Of a DNA stretch of 64,000 nt, positions 29,043 to 37,856 are shown piece by piece. The notes under the pieces were generated by a model. That model was not told the origin of the DNA, searched no databases, and saw only the letters and a program-made list of their open reading frames with translations. Source of the DNA: a candidate division FCPU426 bacterium (GTDB lineage Bacteria; Oederibacteriota; JAAXVQ01; JAUVAV01); contig JBFLYH010000002.1 of NCBI GenBank assembly GCA_040756875.1, forward strand, positions 895,078-959,077, given 5' to 3'. Both the position numbers and the translations under genes were made by a program. Each line of letters opens with the position of its first letter. Positions within the stretch are counted from its first letter, which is position 1.

Positions 29043-29059
29043 AAAGGACGGAACAGCGA

Positions 29060-30436
29060 ATGAAATCACCGCAGGAATTCATCCAGGAATTGTTCGTTTC
29101 CAGGCAGTCCGTAATGGCGGGAAAGACCTGGACCGTCACTCCGCCGCAGCGGCTGGTCATGTTTTTCATCGGCTTGATCATCCTGGGCACGGTGCTGCTG
29201 ATTCTGCCCTGGGCCCATCCGGCGGGCAAGGCCTGCAGCCTGGTGGATGCCTGTTATACCGCGACCTCGGCGGTGTGCGTGACCGGCCTGATCGTCCGCG
29301 ACACGGCCGCGGACTTCACGCCCTTCGGGCAAGTGGTCATCCTGGCGCTGATCCAAATCGGCGGGCTGGGGTACATGCTTCTGGCCACGGCCGCGGCCGT
29401 GTTGCTGGGCCGGCGCATCGGCATCACCGAGCGGTCGGCCATCGCCCAATCCCTCAACCTGGACAGCCCGGAGGGCATGGGGCGCTTCGTGCGCAGCGTG
29501 GTCTATTTCACCCTGGTGATGGAAGCCGTCGGCGCCGTATTGATCACGGTATCGTATTGGCCCCAGCATTCGCCCGGGCAGGCGATGGCACTGGGCGTGT
29601 TCCATGCCATTTCCTCGTTCAATAATGCGGGATTCAGCCTGTTTCCCGACAACTTCATGTCCACGGGGCTGAAGCCCTTGGCCTTGGCCGTGGTCATGGG
29701 GCTGACAGTGATCGGCGGCATCGGTTTTCTGGTGTACCAGGAAGTATGGGACCACGTGCGCGGACAGCGCCAGCGTTATTCAGTGCACACCAAGCTGGTG
29801 GCGATTACGACCGTACTGCTGCTGGGCTTGGGCTGGCTGGGCCTGTTCTTCGGTGCGCATCTGAACTGGCTGCAGGCCTTGTTTTTGTCGGTCACGTCGC
29901 GCACCTCGGGATTCAACATGCAGGATATAGGGATGCTGCCCGTGGGCGCGCACTGGCTGCTGATCCTGCTGATGTTCGTCGGCGCTTCGCCGGGCGGGAC
30001 AGGCGGGGGCATCAAGACCACTACGGCGGCTACGGTCCTGGTCGCGCTCTGGGCCATGATGCGCGGCCGGGACCGGGTGGCGGTTTTCAGCCGCGAGCTG
30101 CCCCAGGACACGGTGCAAAAAGCGTTGGTGATCTCCATCACCATGGCGCTGGTGGTCGTGGGCATGAGCATGCTGATCATCGCCTGCGAAACCGGGGCGC
30201 AGTCCCTGCGCAAGGTGCTGTTCGAGGTGACCTCGGCCCTGGGGACCGTGGGGCTGTCCACGGGCGACGGCCACATCCTGAGCTTGTCGGCAACATTTTC
30301 GCCGGTCGGTAAAATACTGATTATCCTGACCATGTTCATCGGCCGTTTGGGGCCCTTGACCCTGGGCGTGGCGTCGGCGGCTAAAACCGCCCCCGCGCAG
30401 TTGACTTATCCCGAAGGGAGAGTGAGCGTCGGATGA
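29060..30436 (+). CDS. ktrB: Ktr/Trk K+ uptake membrane subunit
   Basis: Four P-loops CVTGL, NNAGF, RTSGF, GTVGL; GASPGGTGGGIKTTT; MFIGRLGPL. Confidence 0.9.
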   Translation: MKSPQEFIQELFVSRQSVMAGKTWTVTPPQRLVMFFIGLIILGTVLLILPWAHPAGKACSLVDACYTATSAVCVTGLIVRDTAADFTPFGQVVILALIQIGGLGYMLLATAAAVLLGRRIGITERSAIAQSLNLDSPEGMGRFVRSVVYFTLVMEAVGAVLITVSYWPQHSPGQAMALGVFHAISSFNNAGFSLFPDNFMSTGLKPLALAVVMGLTVIGGIGFLVYQEVWDHVRGQRQRYSVHTKLVAITTVLLLGLGWLGLFFGAHLNWLQALFLSVTSRTSGFNMQDIGMLPVGAHWLLILLMFVGASPGGTGGGIKTTTAATVLVALWAMMRGRDRVAVFSRELPQDTVQKALVISITMALVVVGMSMLIIACETGAQSLRKVLFEVTSALGTVGLSTGDGHILSLSATFSPVGKILIILTMFIGRLGPLTLGVASAAKTAPAQLTYPEGRVSVG

Positions 30437-31251
30437 CAACGCCCAAGAAACGTAAAAACGACAAAGCGGCGCGCAAGGAAGATCTGGACTGGTTTAAATT
30501 CGACGACTGGCTTAAAACGGTCCGGCCCCTGTCCACGCGCCTGGAAATGCGCAAGCGCAATTCCTTCGCCGTGCTCGGCCTGGGCAATTTCGGCCAGCAC
30601 GTGGCCGAAGCCCTGATGCGGGCCCGCAAGGAAGTCCTGGCCATTGACCAGGACCCCGAGCGGGTGGGGGAAGTGTCGGACCTCGTGACCCAGGCCGTGG
30701 CCGCCGACGTCACGGACGTCAAGGCCCTGCGTTCCGCGGGCGTGGAAGGCGTGGACGCGGCCATTGTCTCCATCGGGGAGAGCATCGAAGCCTCGGTGCT
30801 GGCGGTCATGATTCTTAAGGACCTGGGGGTGCCCGAGGTGATCGCCAAGGCCACCAACCTGCTGCACGCCAAGGTGCTCGACAAAGTGGGCGCGACGCGC
30901 GTGGTTTTCCCCGAACGCGAGGCCGCGATCGACCTGGCCGGCGAACTGACCGTGGTCAGCGTGCTGAATTACTTCCAGCTGGCCGAGGGCATTTCCGTGG
31001 TGGAAGTTCCCGTGCCGCCCGGCATCGTGGGCAAGACCATCCGCGAAACCGAGTTGCGCACGCGCTTCAACGTCAATGTCATCGGCGTCAAGCACCGGCA
31101 CCTCGAGCTCGACAAGGAAGGCATGGGGCACGAAAAGGCCGTGTACGATGTTTTGATCACGCCGGATTTGGTGGTCGAGAAAGACGACACCCTGGTGCTG
31201 GTGGGACGGGACGAGGATCTGAAGAAAGTCGAGCGTTTGCAGACCGAATAG
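30433..31251 (+). CDS. ktrA: Ktr/Trk RCK regulatory subunit
   Basis: FAVLGLGNFG, KVGATRVVFPERE, TrkA-C domain; about 40-aa N-terminal extension. Confidence 0.9.
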   Translation: MTTPKKRKNDKAARKEDLDWFKFDDWLKTVRPLSTRLEMRKRNSFAVLGLGNFGQHVAEALMRARKEVLAIDQDPERVGEVSDLVTQAVAADVTDVKALRSAGVEGVDAAIVSIGESIEASVLAVMILKDLGVPEVIAKATNLLHAKVLDKVGATRVVFPEREAAIDLAGELTVVSVLNYFQLAEGISVVEVPVPPGIVGKTIRETELRTRFNVNVIGVKHRHLELDKEGMGHEKAVYDVLITPDLVVEKDDTLVLVGRDEDLKKVERLQTE

Positions 31252-31271
31252 GAAGGGTTCTTCTTTTCCCC

Positions 31272-31306
31272 AGCCTCCCCGGACGAGATCCGGGGAGGCT
31301 TTTTTA
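31272..31306 (+). terminator. Rho-independent terminator
   Basis: AGCCTCCCCGGA-CGAGA-TCCGGGGAGGCT followed by a T-tract. Confidence 0.85.
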
Positions 31307-31395
31307 TTAATAAGGACGAACGGGCAAGAAAGCGTTTAAGGTCGGCGGCGAATGCACGATACTTGAACCAGTCCCCATGCAGGAGCGCGCGACTC

Positions 31396-32649
31396 ATGCC
31401 CCTTGTCCAAACGTCCAACCCGGCGATTCTCTCCTACCAGGAATTGGCCGCGGCGTTCCAGCGCCTCAACCGCATAACGGATTTCGGGCAATTGAGCAAC
31501 CACGTTTTGGCGGAACTGTCCCGGCTCTTCGAAGTCGAGGCCGCGGCGCTGCTGCTGGTCAACAAACACAGCCAGGAGCTGGAGATCGCGGCCGTGCGGG
31601 AGGTGCCCGAGGAAATCCTGACCGCTTACTTGCAGCATCCGGCGCGCGCTCAAGCCGTGGCCGAGGCCATGGTCGATCACAACCTGGGAGTGGACGATTC
31701 CAATTGCCCGGAACAGGTCCGGTCGCTCGCCGCCGCCGGGCTGAATCATTTCCGGCTGTTCCCGATTTTGCTGGAGGAAAACATCATCGGCTATTGCGCC
31801 CTGGCCTCCTCCCGGCCCGTGTGCACGACGCCGGAGCAGCAGGCCGCCGCGCCCCTGGTCCTGGCTTTTGTGGCCCAAGCCATTGAAAACGCCTATTTCA
31901 TCTACCAGCTCAAGCAGCAGAACGCCCGCCTGGAACACATGATGACCCGGCTGCAAAACACCCAAAACCACCTGAAACGCGCGGAAAAAATGGCGCTGGT
32001 GGGAAAAATCGCCGCCACCGTGGCCCATGAAATCCGCAATCCGCTGACCGTGATCAGCACCAATCTGCAGCTGGTGCACGACAAACTGCCTTCCGACCAT
32101 CCGGAACACGAACTGTACGCCACCATGCTGGCCAAGGTCCGCGGACTGGACCAAACCATCAAGGAAATGCTCGTGCTGGCGCGGCCGCTGCAGCTGAACC
32201 CCCGGCCGCTGGCCTTGCCGGCGACGCTGGAACGGGTGCTGGTGTTCGTGGAGCGCAAGTTTGCGGCGCGCAATCTGAAAGTCAGCCTCGAGGTGCCGGA
32301 ACAATTGCCTGCGGTGCTGCTGGACGAAGAGCAGGCGCAGCGCGTTTTTCTCAACTTGCTGCTGAATGCCTACCAATTCCTGCCCGAAGGCGGACGGATC
32401 CGCGTTCACGGAGCGCACCAGGCCGGAGATCCTTGGGTCACCCTGAGTTTTTCCGACGACGGCCCGGGCATTGAATCCGCGCATCTGCCCCAGATTTTCG
32501 AGCCTTTTTTCACCACCCGCACCGACGGCACGGGATTGGGGCTGTTCTTGGTGAAGCACATTTTGGAGGAGATGAACAGCTCCATTGAAGTCGCGAGCGC
32601 CGTGAACGCCGGCACCGAGTTCCGCCTGCGCCTGCCGGTGGCCAAATAA
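31396..32649 (+). CDS. Cytoplasmic GAF sensor histidine kinase (NtrB/FlrB-like)
   Basis: VAHEIRNPL, NLLLNA, DDGPGI, FEPFFTT..GTGLGL; no TM. Confidence 0.9.
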   Translation: MPLVQTSNPAILSYQELAAAFQRLNRITDFGQLSNHVLAELSRLFEVEAAALLLVNKHSQELEIAAVREVPEEILTAYLQHPARAQAVAEAMVDHNLGVDDSNCPEQVRSLAAAGLNHFRLFPILLEENIIGYCALASSRPVCTTPEQQAAAPLVLAFVAQAIENAYFIYQLKQQNARLEHMMTRLQNTQNHLKRAEKMALVGKIAATVAHEIRNPLTVISTNLQLVHDKLPSDHPEHELYATMLAKVRGLDQTIKEMLVLARPLQLNPRPLALPATLERVLVFVERKFAARNLKVSLEVPEQLPAVLLDEEQAQRVFLNLLLNAYQFLPEGGRIRVHGAHQAGDPWVTLSFSDDGPGIESAHLPQIFEPFFTTRTDGTGLGLFLVKHILEEMNSSIEVASAVNAGTEFRLRLPVAK

Positions 32650-32694
32650 TCCCGCCCTATCTGAAGTAAATAATCCCTTCGCCAGATTGCATTT

Positions 32695-32793
32695 GCCACA
32701 GATTCACACAGTTGAACGCAGAATATGTTCCGGATATCTGGGATGAATCTTTTGACTCGAATTTCCCCGTGCGTATCAGCGTGCATCTGTGGC
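32695..32793. repeat. Small palindromic element (GCCACAGAT...ATCTGTGGC)
   Basis: Terminal inverted repeats GCCACAGATTCAC / GTGCATCTGTGGC with partial internal repeats. Confidence 0.55.
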
Positions 32794-32966
32794 TTCGTTC
32801 TTATTGGATATCCTGTTGTGAATAAACGCCAGGGCATGGAACCAATTCCATAGCCAGCGGTCAAACCGGGGTTTCCATTCCCTAGCGCTGATTCCATACT
32901 GGCAAGCAGCTCGCTTGAAAGGCTTTAATTGCAAGGACATTCAAGCAGTCGCGTCCGTCTGCAAAT

Positions 32967-32982
32967 TGGCCCGCCTTTTGCA
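32967..32982 (+). promoter_or_regulatory. Sigma54 (-24/-12) promoter of the flgFGAHIJ operon
   Basis: TGGCCCGCCTTTTGCA, GG-N10-GC. Confidence 0.75.
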
Positions 32983-32989
32983 TTTGTTT

Positions 32990-32998
32990 TTATCCACA
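32990..32998 (+). promoter_or_regulatory. Consensus DnaA box at the predicted sigma54 start site
   Basis: TTATCCACA; one-mismatch inverted box TGTGAATAA at 32817-32825. Confidence 0.45.
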
Positions 32999-33024
32999 GA
33001 GAACCGCATCCGTTGGAGGCCCGT

Positions 33025-33222
33025 ATGACGTTCACCACGCGCATGACCCAAATTCCCTGGTATGTGCATACCAGCGAACCCAGCTGGGTGTGGAAGCCGC
33101 CGCGCCGGGCCTGCAATTCCACCCGGCCTGTGCGCCGCCGGCCAAGCGCAGCCGAAGGGCGCGGCGCGGAGTGGAAGCAGGTGGCGCCGTGGCAGCGGCC
33201 CAAAAGGGAACGGGCGCGGTAA
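33025..33222 (+). CDS. Hypothetical 65-aa basic Trp/Arg-rich protein
   Basis: GGAGG 5 nt before ATG; first ORF after the sigma54 promoter; stops 25 nt before flgF. Confidence 0.45.
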   Translation: MTFTTRMTQIPWYVHTSEPSWVWKPPRRACNSTRPVRRRPSAAEGRGAEWKQVAPWQRPKRERAR

Positions 33223-33247
33223 GCGCGATTAAAGAGGAGGCAAACCG

Positions 33248-33937
33248 ATGATTACCGGCATTTACCAATCCGGCGCCGGACTGGCGACACTGCAGCAGAT
33301 GCAGGAAATCGTGGCGTACAACCTGGCCAATGTCTCGACCCGGGGATTCAAGCAGGAGGTGTGGAGCGTGAACCAGACCGAACCGACCTATCAGAACGTG
33401 ACACGCGAGCTGGATGCGCAGGCCGGGCCGCTGTCCAGCACTTCCACGCCGACGCACCTGGCGCTGGCCGGGGAAGGATACTTTACCGTGCTGACGCCGC
33501 AGGGGCCGGCTTACACCCGCAACGGACAATTCCACCTGGACCACCAGGGGCGATTGGTCACCCGCGAGGGGTTTGCAGTGCAGGGCCAGAATGGAGACGT
33601 GACGCCGGCCACTCCCGAGTTTACGGTCACGGCCGCTGGCGAAGTGGTCGTGAACGGCGAAATCACAGACCGCCTGCAGATCGTGAACGGCTCAGGCCCG
33701 GAACGCAGGCTGGGGCAGACCCTGGTCACTTGGAATTCAGCCGACCAGGTCCAGCCTCTACCGCCGGAAAAAGTGGAAGTGCTGCAGGGCATGCTCGAAG
33801 GCTCGAACGTGGACCTGGTGGAGAGCATGGTCAACTTGCTGTCCGTGGTGCGCATGTACGAAGCCAACCAGCAGGCCCTGCAGACCCAGGACAGCGCGCT
33901 GAGCCAGGCGTTGGAAGCGGGGAAGGTGCGGTTATAA
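33248..33937 (+). CDS. flgF: Flagellar rod protein FlgF
   Basis: NLANVSTRGFK, YTRNGQF, LEGSNVD..YEANQ; precedes flgG. Confidence 0.85.
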   Translation: MITGIYQSGAGLATLQQMQEIVAYNLANVSTRGFKQEVWSVNQTEPTYQNVTRELDAQAGPLSSTSTPTHLALAGEGYFTVLTPQGPAYTRNGQFHLDHQGRLVTREGFAVQGQNGDVTPATPEFTVTAAGEVVVNGEITDRLQIVNGSGPERRLGQTLVTWNSADQVQPLPPEKVEVLQGMLEGSNVDLVESMVNLLSVVRMYEANQQALQTQDSALSQALEAGKVRL

Positions 33938-33947
33938 AGTGAGGAGC

Positions 33948-34070
33948 ATAGGACCGGTGCGCACGATTTCGAAAGACGGCTGCCATAGGGTGGGCAGCCT
34001 CGACTTGCGAAAAGGCATGAGTAAAAGTCCTTTTCGCAAACGCTTTCTCAATCATACGCACCGGTCCTAT
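33948..34070. repeat. 123-bp branched inverted-repeat element between flgF and flgG
   Basis: 14-bp perfect terminal IR ATAGGACCGGTGCG enclosing two hairpins (GGCTGCC/GGCAGCC; TTGCGAAAAGG/CCTTTTCGCAA). Confidence 0.7.
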
Positions 34071-34107
34071 ACGAGAAAAGGAAAAATGGTTTAAAGGAGG
34101 AAAGAAA

Positions 34108-34881
34108 ATGTTGCGCACGCTGATGATTTCGGCCACGGGTATGAGCGCCCAACAAACGGCGCTGGACATTATTTCCCACAACCTGGCCAATGTGAACACC
34201 ACGGGGTTTAAAAGTTCGCAGGCCAATTTCGCGGACCTGTTTTACCAGCAGGTGGCTCCGGCCGAAGAAACGGACGCCGCTCAACCCGGCGGCGTGGGCT
34301 TGGGCGTCAGTCCGGCCCAGGTGGAGCGGAGTTTCACCCAGGGGCAGCTCCAAACCACGGGCAACACACTGGACCTGGCCGTGCAGGGGCAGGGGTTCTT
34401 CCAGGTGCTGCGGCCCGACGGCTCCCTGGGTTACACGCGCGACGGTTCCTTCAGCCTGAATGCCGAAGGCGTGTTGTGCACCGCGCAGGGTTGCCCGCTG
34501 GTGCCGGAAATCCGCGTGCCTGACGACACCTCCTCCATCCTGGTCGGCGCGGACGGCACGGTGAGCGTGCAGCGGGCCGGACAAAGCGGGGCGCAGGCCG
34601 TCGGCCAGCTGGAGCTGGCGGGTTTTATGAACCCCGGAGGCCTGGAGAACCTGGGACATAATTTGTATGCCTCGACCGTGGCTGCGGGCGATCCCATGGT
34701 AAACACACCCGGCCAGGACGGCTTGGGCTTGATGGTGCAGGGCAGCCTGGAGCGGTCCAACGTGAACCTGGTGGAGGAAATGGTGAATTTGATCCTGACG
34801 CAGAGGGCCTACGAGGTCAACACCAAATCCATTCAGGCCGCGGACGAGATGATGCGCATGACCAACAATCTGCGGAGGTAG
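34108..34881 (+). CDS. flgG: Flagellar distal rod protein FlgG
   Basis: NLANVNTTGFK..FADLFYQ, YTRDGSF, SNVNLVEEMVNLILTQRAYEVN. Confidence 0.95.
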   Translation: MLRTLMISATGMSAQQTALDIISHNLANVNTTGFKSSQANFADLFYQQVAPAEETDAAQPGGVGLGVSPAQVERSFTQGQLQTTGNTLDLAVQGQGFFQVLRPDGSLGYTRDGSFSLNAEGVLCTAQGCPLVPEIRVPDDTSSILVGADGTVSVQRAGQSGAQAVGQLELAGFMNPGGLENLGHNLYASTVAAGDPMVNTPGQDGLGLMVQGSLERSNVNLVEEMVNLILTQRAYEVNTKSIQAADEMMRMTNNLRR

Positions 34882-34885
34882 TCCG

Positions 34886-35575
34886 ATGCGTCCGGCGGTT
34901 TTCATCATGCTGCTGATGCTCTTTGCTCCGGCGGCCGGAAGCGAAGCGGCCGAGAACGGGTTGGAGCAGCCGTTGGAACGCTGGCTGACCGAGCGCTTTC
35001 CGGAGTCCCGGTCGCGTTGGCAGGTGTGGGTTTTGGAAACCCGTCCCGAGGCCGTGCGGCCGGCCGACTGGTCGCAGTGGACGGTGAACGGCGAACCCCG
35101 GCCGAAAAAGATCATGCGCTTCACGCTGGCCGGGCCAGCGGGACAAACCGTGTGGGTGCAGGTGAGGGCCGTCCGCTTCGTGCGCGTGGCGGCGGCCAGG
35201 CAGGTGATCCGGCGCGGACAAACCCTGCAAACCGGGGATTGGCGCTGGGAGGAACGGAGCGCGGAGTACGCCCCCCAGGACAGTATCCGGGAAGAGGAGG
35301 CGCTGGCCGGCCAGCGCGCCGTGAAAGTCCTGGCCCGGGGGGAGATTATCACCCGGCATGCGCTGGAACCGGTTCCCGATGTCTTGAAAGGGCAGGCCTT
35401 GATCCTGCGGATCGTGGGACAGGGCGTGGTGCTCAATGCCGAGGCGCAAAGCCTGGGCGAAGGCCGGCTGGGGGAATGGATTGCCGTGAAACCGCTGGCT
35501 TCAGGCCAGACCATCCGCGCCCAGGTATTGGGTCCGGAATTGGCGCAAATCGCCCTGACACCGAGGCAGCCATGA
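34886..35575 (+). CDS. flgA: P-ring assembly chaperone FlgA
   Basis: Signal peptide, SAF domain (AARQVIRRG), GRLGEWIAVK..SGQTIRAQV. Confidence 0.8.
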   Translation: MRPAVFIMLLMLFAPAAGSEAAENGLEQPLERWLTERFPESRSRWQVWVLETRPEAVRPADWSQWTVNGEPRPKKIMRFTLAGPAGQTVWVQVRAVRFVRVAAARQVIRRGQTLQTGDWRWEERSAEYAPQDSIREEEALAGQRAVKVLARGEIITRHALEPVPDVLKGQALILRIVGQGVVLNAEAQSLGEGRLGEWIAVKPLASGQTIRAQVLGPELAQIALTPRQP

Positions 35576-36174
35576 AAAACGGACGAAAAAGACGATTCCT
35601 TGCGGGTTTAAAATTGGCCTGCCTGCTGGCCGGATGCCTGTTCCTCCTGGTCCGGAGCGCGGCCGCAGAAACGCTGGCCGGCCCCAGCATGTACTCCAGC
35701 GCGCGCCAATATCAGCCCGGCGACGTTGTCACGGTGGTGGTGTCGGAAAGCGCGGAAGCACAGCAGAGCGCCTCCACCAGCCTGAACAAAGAAGCCAAAA
35801 TGGGCTACACCACCGGCGGTTTGCTGGGCACGCTGGCCCCCTCCGGCAATGTGGGCGTGACCGCGGGCCAGGAAGGCGGGGGGAACCTTTCGCGGCAGGG
35901 AGAGATGCGCGCCATGGTGGCCGCCACCGTGCGCGAAGTGATGCCCAACGGCAATTTGCGCCTGTCCGGCAGCCAGCAGATCGAATTTGACAGCGGCACC
36001 CAAATCATCCGGGTGGAAGGCGTGGCGCGGCCGCGCGACGTCAATTCGCAGAACGAGGTTTATTCCTACCGCCTGGCCGACGCCCGCATCACCTACAGCG
36101 GGGAAGGCGCGCTGCACGAAAAAGCGCGCACCGGTTTCCTGACGCGGTTGCTGGATATCCTGTGGATATTTTGA
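35572..36174 (+). CDS. flgH: Flagellar L-ring protein FlgH
   Basis: GDVVTVVVSE, VMPNGNL..G, GVARPRDV..NEVYS..LADARITY.G.G. Confidence 0.9.
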   Translation: MKNGRKRRFLAGLKLACLLAGCLFLLVRSAAAETLAGPSMYSSARQYQPGDVVTVVVSESAEAQQSASTSLNKEAKMGYTTGGLLGTLAPSGNVGVTAGQEGGGNLSRQGEMRAMVAATVREVMPNGNLRLSGSQQIEFDSGTQIIRVEGVARPRDVNSQNEVYSYRLADARITYSGEGALHEKARTGFLTRLLDILWIF

Positions 36175-36188
36175 CGGGAGCGAAAAAG

Positions 36189-37316
36189 ATGCCCAAGCCA
36201 TTTCTGAGAAAAACGTCCGGCCCGGCCCTGTGGATGGGCCTGGGGATTGCCCTCTGCTGCTGGACGCAGGCCGTTGCCGTCGAGGTCAAGCTGGGTGACA
36301 TGGTCCGCATCCAAGGCCTGCGGGAAAACCAGGTGCTGGGTTACGGCGTGGTGGTGGGCCTGCAGGGCACGGGCGACAGCCGCGGCTCCTGGCTGACGTC
36401 CCGCTCCCTGGCGAACATGCTGGAAAAATTCGGGCTCAACTTCACGGAGCGCGAACTGCTCACGCGCAACGCGGCGGCGGTGATGGTGACCGCCACGCTC
36501 AATCCCTTCGTGCGCGAGGGCGACCGGGTGGATGTGAACATCGCTTCCGTGGGCGACGCCAAAAGCCTGCAGGGCGGCACGCTGCTGCTGACCTCCCTGG
36601 CCGCGGGCAACCAAAAAACCTACGCCTCGGCCCAGGGCCCGGTCTCGGTGGGCGGGTATTACACCGGCACTTCCCGGCAGTCCATCCAGAAAAACATCAC
36701 CACTGTGGGCGTGATTCCCGGCGGCGCCATCGTCGAGCAGGCGGTGGATGCGGTGTTTCTCAAGGAAAACCGCTTTATTTTCAACCTGGAGCGGACGGAT
36801 TTCGTCCTGGCCAACCAGGTGGTGACCCAGCTGGTAAAAAAGTTCGGCCTGGGGACGGCCCGCACCGTGAACGGCACGGACATCGAGATTTCCATTCCCG
36901 ACGCTTTTCAGCCCAATCCCGTGGGCTTCATCGCCGAGGCGTTGCAGCTCACTGTGGAGGTTCCCGAGGCCGCCCGCGTGGTCATTGACGAGCGCACGGG
37001 CACCGTGGTGATCGGCGGCGAAGTCCGCATCTCCAAGGCCGCGGTGTCCCACGGCGGCCTGCACATCGCCATTTCCGGCGAAACCAAAATTTCCCAGCCC
37101 TTGCCCCTGACCCTGGGGCACACCGTGGTGGCTGAAGAACTGTCCCTGCGCGCAGACGAACGCGAGCGCGGTTTGATGGTGTTGCCCGAAGGCACCACCA
37201 TCGAGGAACTGGTGCGGGCGCTCAATGCCGTTGGCACGCTGCCGAGGGATACGGTCGTGATTCTGGAGAATCTCAAAGCCTTGGGTGCTTTGCACGCCCA
37301 GGTGCTGGTGCGGTAG
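36189..37316 (+). CDS. flgI: Flagellar P-ring protein FlgI
   Basis: RENQVLGYGVVVGLQGTGD, GDAKSLQGGTLL, ERTGTVVIG, GALHA. Confidence 0.95.
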   Translation: MPKPFLRKTSGPALWMGLGIALCCWTQAVAVEVKLGDMVRIQGLRENQVLGYGVVVGLQGTGDSRGSWLTSRSLANMLEKFGLNFTERELLTRNAAAVMVTATLNPFVREGDRVDVNIASVGDAKSLQGGTLLLTSLAAGNQKTYASAQGPVSVGGYYTGTSRQSIQKNITTVGVIPGGAIVEQAVDAVFLKENRFIFNLERTDFVLANQVVTQLVKKFGLGTARTVNGTDIEISIPDAFQPNPVGFIAEALQLTVEVPEAARVVIDERTGTVVIGGEVRISKAAVSHGGLHIAISGETKISQPLPLTLGHTVVAEELSLRADERERGLMVLPEGTTIEELVRALNAVGTLPRDTVVILENLKALGALHAQVLVR

Positions 37317-37439
37317 GAGTTTCCGCCGCGCTCTTTGGTTCCATGGGGGCCCTCCAGGGGGGTCTGGAGAGCTCCGCGTTCCTGAAGCGGGGACGGGCCG
37401 CTGCGGCCCGGCCCCGCAACAGGAAGGGAAAGGAAGCGT

Positions 37440-37736
37440 GTGGACTTCAGCCTGCAACTGCCCATCCTGAGCATACCTCCCGCTAGCCCGGGCCTGCAGG
37501 AAAACGCGGCCCCCCAGGCGGCTGACCGGACCACGCAAGCGTGCCAATCCTTTGCTTCGCTGCTGATTTCCGAGATTTTCTCCTCCCTGTCCAAAACCAC
37601 CCAGGCAGCCGGCAGTCAGCAGGAAGAGTGGATCTGGTCCCTAATGTCCCAAACTCTGGCTGATACCTGGAGCAAACAGGAATCCCTGGAAATCGTGGAG
37701 GCTTTGAAAAATCAAGTCCAGGGGCAAAATCCGTGA
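37440..37736 (+). CDS. flgJ: Short FlgJ-like rod-binding protein (no muramidase domain)
   Basis: Position after flgI; ACQSFASLLISEIF resembles the rod-binding motif; divergent. Confidence 0.55.
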   Translation: MDFSLQLPILSIPPASPGLQENAAPQAADRTTQACQSFASLLISEIFSSLSKTTQAAGSQQEEWIWSLMSQTLADTWSKQESLEIVEALKNQVQGQNP

Positions 37737-37768
37737 GAATTTCAAGGCTTTTATTCGCCCGGAACGCA

Positions 37769-37797
37769 TTTAAGTTTTTGGGAATTCGGACCGATGA
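37769..37797 (+). promoter_or_regulatory. Sigma28 promoter (flgM operon)
   Basis: TTTAAG-N15-ACCGATGA. Confidence 0.7.
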
Positions 37798-37856
37798 ACA
37801 ACATGAACCCAGATTAGGTTTAGATGAGGGTAAGACCCAGAGAGGAGGCGGCAGAC

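Noticed and set aside
28484-29059. 192-aa N-terminal extension of KtrB suggesting a fusion
   Set aside because: Overlaps the NSS gene in another frame and is low-complexity Arg/Gly/Pro; a better start with RBS exists at 29060
32900-32915. Second sigma54-like site TGGCAAGCAGCTCGCT
   Set aside because: Weaker -12 (TCGC) than the site at 32967; not called separately
32650-33020. Possible replication origin
   Set aside because: Only two DnaA-like boxes, no clear unwinding element and no dnaA/dnaN/gidA context
35017-35571. Long N-terminal extension of FlgH (also the extended starts of aroB at 3652, fliJ at 62981 and REC-HDOD at 20241)
   Set aside because: Off-frame overlap with the upstream gene or leader; family homology starts at the downstream ATG
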